A DNA stretch of 63,654 nucleotides, the filler included, from Octopus bimaculoides (lineage: Eukaryota): assembly GCF_001194135.2 (NCBI RefSeq). It is 3 parts of 3 records of this genome, joined end to end, with 100 filler letters (N's around TTAATTAATTAA, not from the genome) between each part and the next. Parts side by side here need not be neighbours in the genome. Positions count along the whole stretch, not along the records: positions 28,523 to 55,834 come from NC_068988.1; 2 more parts are not named here. One strand, 5' to 3'. Below are positions 37,621 to 50,574 of the stretch, piece by piece; positions within the stretch are counted from its first letter, which is position 1; every line of letters begins with the position of its first letter. A program made the position numbers and the translations under genes. The notes under the pieces are model-generated. The model was not told the origin of the DNA. It ran no database searches and saw only the letters and a list, made by a program, of their open reading frames with translations.

Positions 37621-38595
37621 TATATACATATATACCTATACATATCTGACCTGAAATTGTGGTTTCTTCAGTATTTTATCTTGCAAAATCTGGAATGTGT
37701 GTATGTATNNNNNNNNNNNNNNNNNNNNNNNNNNNNNNNNNNNNNNNNNNNNNNNNNNNNNNNNNNNNNNNNNNNNNNNNNNNNNNNNNNNNNNNNNNNN
37801 NNNNNNNNNNNNNNNNNNNNNNNNNNNNNNNNNNNNNNNNNNNNNNNNNNNNNNNNNNNNNNNNNNNNNNNNNNNNNNNNNNNNNNNNNNNNNNNNNNNN
37901 NNNNNNNNNNNNNNNNNNNNNNNNNNNNNNNNNNNNNNNNNNNNNNNNNNNNNNNNNNNNNNNNNNNNNNNNNNNNNNNNNNNNNNNNNNNNNNNNNNNN
38001 NNNNNNNNNNNNNNNNNNNNNNNNNNNNNNNNNNNNNNNNNNNNNNNNNNNNNNNNNNNNNNNNNNNNNNNNNNNNNNNNNNNNNNNNNNNNNNNNNNNN
38101 NNNNNNNNNNNNNNNNNNNNNNNNNNNNNNNNNNNNNNNNNNNNNNNNNNNNNNNNNNNNNNNNNNNNNNNNNNNNNNNNNNNNNNNNNNNNNNNNNNNN
38201 NNNNNNNNNNNNNNNNNNNNNNNNNNNNNNNNATTAAACGAGATTTCTCATCTGCAATACTCTCCCACTCCCAGTCATTATTTCCGTTTCAGTCTGCTGG
38301 AATCACAACAGGACGCGCTGATCTCCGCCCTTGTTGCACCCACATCACGAACACACGATAAGAGGCAGGGATGCATCGTGAAAAAAAAAAAGAAAAAAGA
38401 AATTTGTTTTTTTACTTTCAAAAGTTTCTGGTATCCCATTTACTATGTGCGAATGTGCGTGGATGTATGTCTAAGTTTAGTCGCGTATATGTTTGTACGC
38501 AAATATATGTATGCGTATGTGTGTGTATGTGTGTGTGAGGGAGTATGTGTGCGTTGTATATATGAATTTATATGTATATATATAGATATATGAAT

Positions 38596-38639
<44 letters not shown>

Positions 38640-38659
38640 GGCTGTGTGGCGTGCAGACC

Positions 38660-40070
38660 TGTACAAGGCTGAGGCGCTCCACTAACTTCAAAACACTTCC
38701 TTCTATCTCTCTTTATCCCCCGACCCCACGTCATACTATCAACAAATCGTTTCTTCTACTATTCACGATCTTATTTACTTCTCCCTTCTACCACCACCAC
38801 CCGAACCTCTTTGTTCGTATCCCACGCACACCACCAATTACTTCCTTCTTAAAATCCATAAACTCAACCACCCAACCAATCTCATCTCCAAATACCTCGA
38901 CTTTGTCCTCGCAGCCCTAGTGGCTTCCCTCCCCTCAGACATGGCACCAACCATCCTCTTTGTCCCTTCAATTCTTTCTCTTTTCTTCCTGGCCCCTCCA
39001 GACTCCTGTTAACCTTTGTTATAAAATTATCATAGACCGTCATCCTTCACAACGAAGGTTTACTTGTTTTAAAGTACCTTCTCGATCTTCGTCCTAGTCT
39101 TCAACCTGACACGTCTACCCTGCTCCATTTGGCTGAACTTGTCCCCTCTCCGAATTGCATTACGTTTGCAAGTGAATTTTGCCATCACGGTCGGGAGTGG
39201 CCATGGGAAAGAGAATGGGCCCCAACTGAATGAACTTGTTCGTCGGTTATATTGAGGCCCAAATATTCTCTCAGTTCGCCAGTTTTACTCCTGAGATATA
39301 TGGTCATTAAGTTGGTGACTGTATCGACGCGATCTCACACTGCCACGAACATCTTCCTTCTCTTTAACCCAGGCCTTTCATCCGGCCTTCGAATTCTCCT
39401 GTTTTGTCTTTAACACCTCTACCAACTTTCAACGATTCTGTCACCATCCATCACTTCTTTCTTACGTCTTCCATCAATTATAAACACAGACTCACATTCC
39501 TATCTCAACTTCCCCTCCCACTCCAACCATCGCAAACTGTCCATCTCTTACTCTCACAACAGAGCCGTCTCTTGCCAGCTCTGTGGTGACGACCATGAAT
39601 GACTCCGAGATACAGTACTAACTCATGGCTCACTACTTCTACCAACGACGATACTTAATCCGCCATTATCCATACCACCCTCGTCCTTGTCCGATCTGTT
39701 GACTGTGCATCCACACTCTGTCCCAGTGCCTGACCCACCCTTATGCGTTTCTCCTTACCCTCTACACTCACATAATCTTCATTCTCACGCACATGCTTGC
39801 TCACACACATACACACGCGCTCGCCCATATACACATATACACTTGCATATAATATTCTCTCTCAAGTACACACATGCTTGCGCATACACACTTTAGTCAG
39901 GTTACTGTTGTTTCCTTTTTCTACCAACTTAGTTCCTTCTGGTTAATTCAACGTGTGAAATCGCTAATCCAGACGTTTTTTCTCTCTCTCTGCTTTCTCT
40001 CTCCTCCCCATTGTTTTCTTTCCTCATTCCTTTCTGAAGAAGAGCGTAGATTCGAAACGTCAAGGACTTC
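38660..40070 (+). mobile_element. Neptune-type PLE RT remnant with 3' HHR-bearing end
   Basis: DPTSYYQQIVSSTIHDLI, FLLKIHK, LISKYLD, PDTSTLLHLAELV, GVAMGKRMGP..LFVGYIE (RT ~38720-39700); HHR at the 3' end, then (TA)n. Confidence 0.85.
40030..40065 (+). ncRNA. Ultra-minimal type I hammerhead motif
   Basis: CTTT-CTGAAGA-A-GAGC GTAG ATTC-GAAA-CG-TC-AAGG; stem I 4 bp (one G.U), palindromic ACGU stem III, GUC triplet. Confidence 0.7.
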
Positions 40071-40507
40071 TATTATATATATATAAATATATATATATAT
40101 GTATGTATGTATGTTTGTATGTATGTATGTATATATACATATATGTTTGTATGTAGTGCTCGTGTGTGTAGTGCTTGTTTGTGTATGTGTATGTGTGTGC
40201 ATGTAGCGTGTATTTTGTGTGTGTGTGTGTGTGTGTTTTCTGTAACGAGGAAATGGGAGAAATTGTTTTGCAGTGACGATTGTGTTCATGCTTCGTTATC
40301 GGTCCCTCATGTTTAATTTGCAATGGTAGCGTTACTATGATTTATCTGTCATTTATCTGTCTGTTTGTCTTCCTGTCTATTTATACGCGCAGGCAAAGAG
40401 TTATTGTAAAGTAGCAACACTGAGTTTTTATTGTCTTCTTAAGCGAGGCCAGATATTACGACACTTCTCTTGAAAATAGACAAGTAAATATGTGCAAGCT
40501 TGGTGTG

Positions 40508-40540
<33 letters not shown>

Positions 40541-40544
40541 ATAT

Positions 40545-40872
40545 TCTTTTATTCTTTTATTCTTCTATTCGTTTCAGTCATTTGACTGCGGCCATGCTGG
40601 AGCTCCGCCTTTAGACGAACAAATCGACCTCAGGACTTATTCTATCATACTTTTGCCGAACCGGTTCTCAAGCGATGGTGGTGGTGGGGCAACATACACA
40701 CACACACACACGCTCATACATATATATATACGACGGGTTTCTTTCAGTTTCCTTCTATCAAATCTGCTCACAAGGCTTTGGTCGACTCGAGGCTATAGTA
40801 GAAGACATTTGCCCAAGATGCCACGCAGTGGGACTGAATCTGGAACCATATGGTTAGTAAGCAAGCTATTTA
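40545..40872 (-). mobile_element. SINE family A
   Basis: GTTTCAGTCATTTGACTGCGGCCATGCTGGAGC..GGCTATAGTAGAAGACATTTGCCCAAG. Confidence 0.9.
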
Positions 40873-41375
40873 CGTATGTATGTATGTATGTATGTATGTA
40901 TGTATGTATGTATGTATGTATGTATGTATGTATGCATGCATGTATNNNNNNNNNNNNNNNNNNNNNNNNNNNNNNNNNNNNNNNNNNNNNNNNNNNNNNN
41001 NNNTATATATATACTTCACTTATTATTCTAATTATGGGAGGAAGTCCTGGATTTCATCCCCGACATATATGTATTCTCATTGTTAATACTTTTTCTGATT
41101 GTATGCATAAATATAATTGTTTTTCGAAATAAATTGCACTTCATGTTTGAGACTTTGCTGAAGCTATAAAGTGATAATCAGGCACTCAACTATGAGTCCA
41201 CTTCATCTACAGCGGAAACAACTGTAAACTAATGAAGTTCATAAGATAATAATTTACTACTGCGTCATCTCTTTTTCGTATGTGCGTACACACACACACA
41301 TACATACATGCATGCATGTATACATACACATACACATACATAAATACACGCGCACACACAGGGCTATACATACAT

Positions 41376-41423
<48 letters not shown>

Positions 41424-43112
41424 GTTATATATCGGGGCAAAATTAATAGAGGTTATGAAGGTGACGAAAGGTGCTGGTCAGCACCGATTATGCTATGATA
41501 AGAGTTAAATTAACTCTAAAGCCGCAAACCACGTACAGGAGGGGCAAAGAAGTACGTGCGAGCCTGGTGATTCACAGCGTTCAAGACATACACACTTCAC
41601 GTCTGGCTGTACAGCCTTTTTGTTTGTTTATTTCACTGTTTCGTTTTCCTGTCTTGTTTTCCGTCCGCCACTACCCTCCACGAGAACAATTTAATTTGTG
41701 TTTATTGGAAGAACCATTTTAACGATGCGTACTGCCTTAATTCTTCGAAACGCCGGAGTTTTAATGGTGGCAGCTGATGAAGGGGATGTTTCTATGTGGC
41801 CTACTTGTTTGTTGCACCTTGTTTACCATTTTGTCCTTGTTCTTTTGCCACGTCATGTACCCAGTTATGTATCTATATGTACATGTGGATGAACGTATAT
41901 ACATACATGTACATATATATGCATATACTCATATATTGTTNNNNNNNNNNNNNNNNNNNNNNNNNNNNNNNNNNNNNNNNNNNNNNNNNNNNNNNNNNNN
42001 NNNNNNNNNNNNNNNNNNNNNNNNNNNNNNNNNNNNNNNNNNNNNNNNNNNNNNNNNNNNNNNNNNNNNNNNNNNNNNNNNNNNNNNNNNNNNNNNNNNN
42101 NNNNNNNNNNNNNNNNNNNNNNNNNNNNNNNNNNNNNNNNNNNNNNNNNNNNNNNNNNNNNNNNNNNNNNNNNNNNNNNNNNNNNNNNNNNNNNNNNNNN
42201 NNNNNNNNNNNNNNNNNNNNNNNNNNNNNNNNNNNNNNNNNNNNNNNNNNNNNNNNNNNNNNNNNNNNNNNNNNNNNNNNNNNNNNNNNNNNNNNNNNNN
42301 NNNNNNNNNNNNNNNNNNNNNNNNNNNNNNNNNNNNNNNNNNNNNNNNNNNNNNNNNNNNNNNNNNNNNNNNNNNNNNNNNNNNNNNNNNNNNNNNNNNN
42401 NNNNNNNNNNNNNNNATACATTAGCGATGGCTTTAGTGTGTTCGGTGCTGAAGGTTGTGGAGTAAGGAATTTTTATTGTACTCGTAATGAATATTTTATA
42501 ATACGATTTTGGGGTGGGAAATATTTCTTGAATATGAAGACCAGCAATTTGATTATGGGTGTGACTACTGAGTTATGGGATGGATCATGCAAGCAGAGAT
42601 TAGTGAGAACTGAGGAAACCTCCTTAGATCTTAATATCCTTGAAAATATTCCGGTTCTTTTTGCATGTAGATGTGATCGTATGTGATTGGCAATAACTTT
42701 ATTTATAATTATTTTTTATTATCTTATGTTCTTATAATTATTCAATTTTTAAATTTATATATTTTTGTTATTTTATTTTGGCGGCTAGTTACAATCGATT
42801 ATTCCTATTGAAACCTTCGTTATTTCTATTTCTACTATTTTTTCAAGTTCTACTCCCACCTCATTCCATTAAAAACTATCTTCCAAACATCCTTCTCCAC
42901 AGAGCTCAGTGTTTTGTTATTTATCTCTCCTTGCTGAGAAATAAACGTTACTTTTTCAATAAAATTTAGGTTAATTTTCTCAAATACCTGATTATCACAA
43001 TATCATTCATAATATATTTTAATCTTAATTTTCTTTCATAAATTATGTTTTACTTCCTCATTTTCATTTATCTTACTCTCCCCTTTTCTGTTGCTACTGT
43101 TGTTGTTGTTGG

Positions 43113-43270
43113 TCTTCTTCTTCTTCTTCTTCTTCTTCTTCTTCTTCTTCTTCTTCTTCTTCTTCTTCTTCTTCTTCTTCTTCTTCTTCTTCTTCTTCTT
43201 CTTCTTCTTCTTCTTCTTCTTCTTCTTCTTCTTCTTCTTCTTCTTCTTCTTCTTCTTCTTCTTCTTCTTC
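43113..43270. repeat. Long pure (CTT)n microsatellite, roughly 50 units
   Basis: Direct reading. Confidence 0.95.
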
Positions 43271-43298
43271 TTTCCTTCCTCCTCTTCCTCCTCCTTTG

Positions 43299-43341
<43 letters not shown>

Positions 43342-43599
43342 CTAATTGTATGTAATTATGTATGTGTGTGCATATATATATATATATGTGTATGTGTGTG
43401 TGTGTGCGTTCGTGCGTATGCACGTGTATGTTAGTGTATGTGTGTGCATACATCTGTATGTGCATGTGTATGTGTGTGTGTATGTGTGTGTGTGTGTGGT
43501 TTGTGCATGTTCATGTACACTCTGAGCAGATACTTAAAAAAAAAAGACCATGGTGAACTCTCTGCCATTTTAAAATAGGAGATACGATCCTTCGATCAC

Positions 43600-44800
43600 T
43601 TTCACCCTGAATTGTGTTCAGAAGAAATTAATTACCCTGGCCTATAATCTTTTGTCTTTCTTGGAAATCGTTTAATCCGTGCGCTGATACCATGCTGTGT
43701 CTTCTTTTTTGCTAGTTTATTTACCGCTAAATACTTTAACTATTTCGATAACTTCAGATGCTATCTACTAAACTCCACCTACACAAGAAGCTATACATTG
43801 TAAATATCTCTTTGCCAACCAAAGATCCTCTGTGTCAAGAGTGGGGAACCCCCGTCACCAACTGTGGCAGAAATTTAGCCTAAATTTATATTTGAAATTG
43901 CTTCCTCGTGTAGTTCTTGAAAGCCATATCAAACGAACTACTAAATAACCTGATATCGACTTTGTGTGAACGAATGCCAGTAGAATGGGAAGAAATTTAA
44001 TTTTTTAAGTCACACATCACAGCCAAAAGGAATGTTGCTGTCCGTAGATTTGTCCTCTTTGAGTGTAGGGAAATAGGGATAAATCTGATACCTACAACAG
44101 TTTAATAATTATAGTTTTGTTCTGAATACGAACATGTATTTTTACATGTCATATATCAACTGGCTTCTCACTCCTCACCGCTAAAGCTGCAATTTCAAGC
44201 TGTTTAAATGAAATGTTAAAGCCACTAGAAATGTAAGGCTTGAAAGACATTTGGGAACGCGAAATTCTGTATCATTTGCAATTTTATTTCTCAAGGAAAT
44301 TTGTCATTTATTGCTGCATTAAATATATTCTTTCTAGCATAGTATTTTACTTCAACCAATGAACGCTGCAAAAGTAAAACAAGACAAAAGTTGCCGAAAT
44401 TGATAGTGGTTCAATCCCTGAGGCAAAATCGCATTTACTGATTTTATCACTATAACTATCATGTCCAAATTTTATACGTCAGTATACAATGTTTACAACT
44501 AGATTATTCAGTGCATTTTTCTAACATTGTGTTTAAATCGAGGTCTTCCATGCATCATTGAAGTAGACAGAACACATATATTTCACCCAACAAAAGCTGG
44601 CATTCTCTTAGTTGTTATAGATACTAGTTTTCTTAAGTCTGTATTCATGACTTGTACATTGTAGCAATGCTACAAGAATGTCTGCTTCTGTGGTAACACT
44701 TTTGATACATGCCAGCTGAACAAACTCCTCAAAAATGCCAAAAGTTGTGTTTCTTCAATGAATAATATTACGAGCTGTTGTACTCTCTTCAAGTGCTATT
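43600..44800 (-). mobile_element. hAT transposase remnant (Charlie/SPIN-like)
   Basis: LVSITT..MPAFVG (cf. LVSITTDGAPAM.G), IKSVNAILPQGLNHYQFRQLL (cf. VNFIRSRGLNHRQF), LTFLVALTFHLNSLKLQL, YFPTLK; many stops. Confidence 0.7.
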
Positions 44801-45220
44801 GAGAAGAAAAGGAATTTCTTATAATAGTTTTTTTTTAAAGTGAACTTCCAAATCCGCTGACATTTCTTCTCTTCGTCTTGTCGTTGTTCTCACAGACAGA
44901 CTAACATCTGAAAATAAATCCTTGTTTATTCGGCACATGCAATATCAACCTCCCACTCTCCCTCAACCCTCCAAGCTCCACCTCCATCTCACGGACCTCC
45001 AACTATTGCGCATCCACTCCCCCGCCGACAATTTGTATTTTAAACGTTATCATCAGGCAGAATGAGCAGGACACATTGTGTATGGCAAGACCTGCCATTT
45101 AGTTACGGTCGTGAGATCAAATCTTACCAAAGTCATCTTTTCAAGCCTCCATTCTGCTGCAGATAACTACTGTCCGTAGAGGTGAATCATGAGCTAAATG
45201 CCCGGATCATATATCCTAAC

Positions 45221-45345
<125 letters not shown>

Positions 45346-45616
45346 ACACACACATTATAAAGGGGGAGGCCGGATCAACTGCTTTACATCTTAGAGTGTG
45401 CTTATCCGGGTTCATGTTTTTTCTACAAGCGATAGATATATACGCACACACATGCATATATGTGTGTGTGTGTGTACGTGTGTGTGCGTGTGTGTGCGTG
45501 TGTATATTTTGTGTGTACAGTTAGATGTACGACTACTACTGCATGAGTTAGTGCTCCACGTAGAGTATCATCATTCAGTCGTCTTCCAGTATAGTAGTTA
45601 ATCGACCACTGTACTT

Positions 45617-46070
45617 ATGCAGGGTGATAAATTGAATATTAATTCAATTTAAAACCAAGTGGCCAAGCATATAAAAAATCAATCTGAAAATTCAGAAAAA
45701 TTGTATTACATGTGTATAAGAAGGGATGGCCACTAAGTGGACATCCGATATGCTAGAAAGAGGTCATCAACGACCCAACCACAAAGAAAAATAATGTTCT
45801 CCAGAAAAAATTTCACCAGAACATAAGCGGGTAAGACAAAATGAGAAATATACAGAATAAAGAATTAATTGTGTACCGGTTTCGACATTAACGTTTTACT
45901 TACGTAACAACATCCGTATTGATTCGTTCTAGAGTCAATATAATTTGCAGAACTATACACGAATTGTCTTCATAAAATAAGACTTGCGTACAGTTCTACC
46001 GATTACATTGGGGTTATTTTTCAAAATGTCTCAGCTCTGGCGCGCCAAATTCCGGAAACAATTCTGCAGA
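45617..46070 (+). mobile_element. Non-autonomous Tc1/mariner-type DNA element
   Basis: Starts CAGGGTGATAAATTG; homologous to 18184-18458 with an extra internal segment. Confidence 0.7.
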
Positions 46071-46619
46071 GAATAATTAACTGCAGTATATGTTGCCGGC
46101 TGGAGAACATAATTATTTAAATTATTATATATATATATTCAAACATGCCCACTCATAAAGCAAACAAAAACATTCACATGCACTCTTAATAACTTGGTGA
46201 TTTATACACATAACTGAAAACTGAGTGCACTTAGATTCCACACCTAACCTGTCTTTGCTAATATCTTCTCATACATACCGATATTTGTAGCTACATATAT
46301 GGTTACTGACATACATACACACACATACACAAACACGTACATACTTACATAATACATACATATACACAAATGTACATATAGGCCAAAAATATTAACATAC
46401 ACAAAAGCCGACATGCATAGGCACACGAACACATACGCGCATAAGAACACACACACGCATATACTTACACATATACTTACACGTTTGTTTATAGTAAACA
46501 CAAGCAATATACCTCGAACACGATATGGCATATATCCACCTCTGCNNNNNNNNNNCACAAGCAATATACCTCGAACACGATATGGCATATATCCACCTCT
46601 GCTATTTCAGCCTTTGCTG

Positions 46620-47100
46620 CAGCAACTATCTCCTTAAAATTCCCACAAGGATTATTTTACACGGATACTTACTACTGGAATGAAGCTACACTCCAAGTAC
46701 TGTTCTTTCTTTCTTTTTTCATCGCATCACACTCACTCTCACTTCTTACTATAACTCTCCGCTTATGGATATAATAATCGATTCCTTTACTATTTCTGTC
46801 TCCGATGAAGGGATGCAGTGGATCTTCCCTGAAACAGCTGTAAGACTCCATCCATAAAATATATTTCCAGCTTTACCATTGCTCTCTTTATCCTTTTATA
46901 TATTTATACATACACACGCTAATATACGACTTATAATCCCCAATCCTGTTCATACAACGACTGGGGCATAACTAGTCGGTATANNNNNNNNNNCCCAATC
47001 CTGTTCATACAACGACTGGGGCATAACTAGTCGGTATACAGCACTTACTCGGTATTACCTGTATCTTTTGGGTTTGGTTAAATTCAATACCCTCCTCAAC
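46620..47100 (+). mobile_element. pLTR-like HHR-bearing module
   Basis: HHR at 46798-46846; 3' part homologous to 36440-36510(-); ends in (TA)n. Confidence 0.65.
46798..46846 (+). ncRNA. Minimal type I hammerhead ribozyme with CCGAUGA core variant
   Basis: GTCT-CCGATGA-AGGGA[12 nt]TCCCT-GAAA-C AGCT G-TA-AGAC; predicted cleavage after 46842 (GUA). Confidence 0.75.
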
Positions 47101-47167
47101 CTTATATATATATATATATATATATACTTAACCACATGCTCATATACATACATGTATGTATTATATA

Positions 47168-47208
<41 letters not shown>

Positions 47209-47340
47209 CTGTGAGAATATATGTCTATGTATGTATATACGTCTATATGTATATACATGTATATATATATATATATGTACACACATATACTTTACACATA
47301 TACACATATATACATATATATATATATACATACAGACACA

Positions 47341-47408
<68 letters not shown>

Positions 47409-47418
47409 NNNNNNNNNN

Positions 47419-47465
<47 letters not shown>

Positions 47466-47806
47466 TCGTGCATGTGTGTGAGTGTGTGTGTGTGTGAATG
47501 TGTGTGAGTGTGTACATATATGTGTTTATGTGCGAATGCATATTTGTAGGAAACCAAGACCTCAGTAATTACAAATATTAGGAAGTATTTGAATGTCAAC
47601 CGTGTGGTGTGTCAGTATGCTAGTGTGTTGCCAACGATGGAGAACTAAATGGCGTAGTAATGGCGTGTAAGCTGCGCCCCGTGAAATGATAAAGTCGTCT
47701 GCAAAACAGAAAATCTTATGCATTTCAACGTAGGTTATACATGGATGAATCTACTTCTCTGAATGATGCAGAATTACTTATTTAATAACTGAGCCAACGA
47801 GGGAAA

Positions 47807-47879
47807 TCTTTGGGTGTGATGTGAGAAAAATTTGTCTGCGTTACATGGCAGACAAACTTTTCTCATGCCACACCTAAGA
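47807..47879. other. Isolated ~30-bp-stem hairpin (pre-miRNA-like or MITE-derived)
   Basis: GGTGTGATGTGAGAAAAATTTGTCTGC-GTTACATG-GCAGACAAACTTTTCTCATGCCACACC: 27-bp stem, 2 mismatches, 2 G.U pairs, 8-nt loop. Confidence 0.6.
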
Positions 47880-48076
47880 ATTTTTTTTTTTTTTAAAAAG
47901 ACATTAAATATTTTAGCTCTGGATCTATAAAAGTATAATAGTAGACAGTCTTTTTAGGTCTGATCTATCGGGACTTGATAAAGGCTAAACAGTAACAACA
48001 GTTCGATTATAATCTTTCGAACTTGTAACCTCATCTTTATAGAAAAAGCAATATTTCAATATTTCATTTGAAGCAG

Positions 48077-48188
48077 ATCGAGAGAGAGAGAGGGGGGGAG
48101 AGGGAGAAAGAGAAAGAGGGAGAGAGAGAGAGGAGAGGGAGAAAGAGAAAGAGGGAGAGAGAGAGAGAGGGGAGAGGGAGAAAGAGAA

Positions 48189-48233
<45 letters not shown>
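48077..48233. repeat. Polypurine (GA-rich) tract
   Basis: Direct reading. Confidence 0.9.
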
Positions 48234-48235
<2 letters not shown>

Positions 48236-48266
48236 ATGTCAGCGATGAGATCGTGAATGGCGTTAG

Positions 48267-48322
<56 letters not shown>

Positions 48323-49244
48323 AATAAACAGGAGTGTATATACATGTATTATGTACGTATGTACGTGTTTGTGTATATGTGTGTATGTACGTCTGTAACC
48401 ATATATGTAGCTACAAATATCGGTATGTATGAGAAGATATTAGGAAAGACAGGTTAGGTGTGGAATCTAAGTGCACTCAGTTATATACTAGTGCACACAG
48501 TTATATACTAGTGCACTCAGGTTTTGAATCTAAGTGCACTCAGGTTTTGACAAACCTAGCTGAGTGAATGGTTGACCGAAATATTTATAGAACAATCGAT
48601 TGATTAATTGGTTAAATGGTCAACTTAGTGACTGATAATAATCAAAGAAGTGAAATAGAACGACTGCGTGTGTTTATTATATTATTGGCATAATGGTCCT
48701 CCCGAGAGAAAACACTTTAAAATTTCGTTTTTGTATTTGGTTTGCAAGATTTTTGATGTGAACATATACGTTGAAACGGGTTTTGTTGTGTCTCGAGAAG
48801 GTCATTGTCATTGATGAAGTCGTGAATGATGACGAAAGGACTTTGACGAACCTATTTCACTAATTGATCGAGTGAAAAGTTTTAAACAAACAACCGATTA
48901 GTTAACTGGTGAAATGATTAACTAATGGTCAAATATAGACTATAATGAAAGATGTTGCTTATTATCTAGCTTGGGTTATATAAGTTTTACTAAATATTAG
49001 CAATTGTTCAAGTGTCTAAAAATGTGGTTTTCAAGTTTCTTTTAGTTTTAAAGATTTTAACTAATTTTAAATCACTGCAAGATAAAGCTTTTTAAAATCT
49101 TGCACTACGGGACGATGTTTTTTAACGCTTTACACTTTTCTCTCTCTTTCTATCGCTTCTTTGTTTTCGATCTTTATTTCGATTAGTATTTCTCCTTCTT
49201 TGTCGTTTTAACTTTTTCTCTCACTCGTAGCCTGAGTGGCTCGT

Positions 49245-49315
<71 letters not shown>

Positions 49316-49577
49316 ACACACGCACACACATACTCTTTTCTCTGTCAGAGTATGTGCAGAGTACAGGACTGTGTTCAAACAAGGGCCCTTTACTTCTAAA
49401 CAAAATGCAGTAGCACGTTTATGCACTATAACACTGTTACTATGCAGAAATTCGTCATTGTATAAAAGCGTTACTACATCTTGCACAGAATGTTACATTT
49501 CAGATTATATATATAGTTATTTCTCACTAAAGGCAAAGTTAGTCTTAATGCTTGGATTATCTTGAAGTATTACATAT

Positions 49578-49638
<61 letters not shown>

Positions 49639-50004
49639 NNNNNNNNNNNNNNNNNNNNNNNNNNNNNNNNNNNNNNNNNNNNNNNNNNNNNNNNNNNNNN
49701 NNNNNNNNNNNNNNNNNNNNNNNNNNNNNNNNNNNNNNNNNNNNNNNNNNNNNNNNNNNNNNNNNNNNNNCACACACACTCACACACGCACGCACACGCA
49801 CGCAGACACAAACGCACACATGTCTGATAACATATAAACACATAATTGACATAGTTCAGATTCCGACAATGCCTAGTTCTTTCTCCGTTGCAATGTGATA
49901 CCCGAACATTATTAGCCCACAAATATATGAAATCACCTACCCCCATATATATATATACAAGCACAAACACACACACGTACGCACACGCACACACACACGT
50001 ACGC

Positions 50005-50042
<38 letters not shown>

Positions 50043-50574
50043 CATACACACAAGAATGTAAAAGCACCAGTTAAATAGTGGTATAAATCTACCTCAGCAC
50101 TCTTATGGTTGGTTCTCATTAAAAAGTAAAGGGCTGATATAAATACTTGAAATCCATATAAAAAATTAATATTTGAATTTTTGTTGCTTAAAGCATGATA
50201 GGACAATCAATATCACTTATAATCGACTTCAGTCTTTCGGCACTTATTGACAAATTTGTGGTAGTGGATATCCGTCATTCAACGATGAGGATTCTGTTGT
50301 TCAATTAGCTTAATTTTCTGCTTCTGAATCAACGTGTAGGTCAGTGAGCATCTCACAGACACAGTTACTATTCTAAGGCAGAATCAGCGCGACACAGTGT
50401 ATAACAAGACTTTGAATTATAAGTACAATCTACTCATCGAGTTTCTATTAAGCTCCTATCGGCTCAGTATCACTCACAAGGCATGGGTCGATCAGAGGCA
50501 ATAGATAATGACACTTGCTCAAGATATTAAGCAGTGGGATCGAATTCGGGACCACGCAGTTGCAAAGCGAACTT

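Larger units (their letters stand above)
46219..48482. repeat. 149-bp inverted repeat pair (46219-46367 and 48334-48482)
   Basis: AACTGAGTGCACTTAGATTCCACACCTAACCTGTCTTT.CTAATATCTTCTCATACATACCGATATTTGTAGCTAC..; high identity by eye, about 2 kb apart. Confidence 0.9.

Noticed and set aside
46498-47038. ~45-bp direct repeats on both sides of 10-N gaps (46498-46600, 46939-47038; also 7 bp at 60242-60265)
   Set aside because: Identical copies bracketing minimal gaps are typical unmerged contig overlaps
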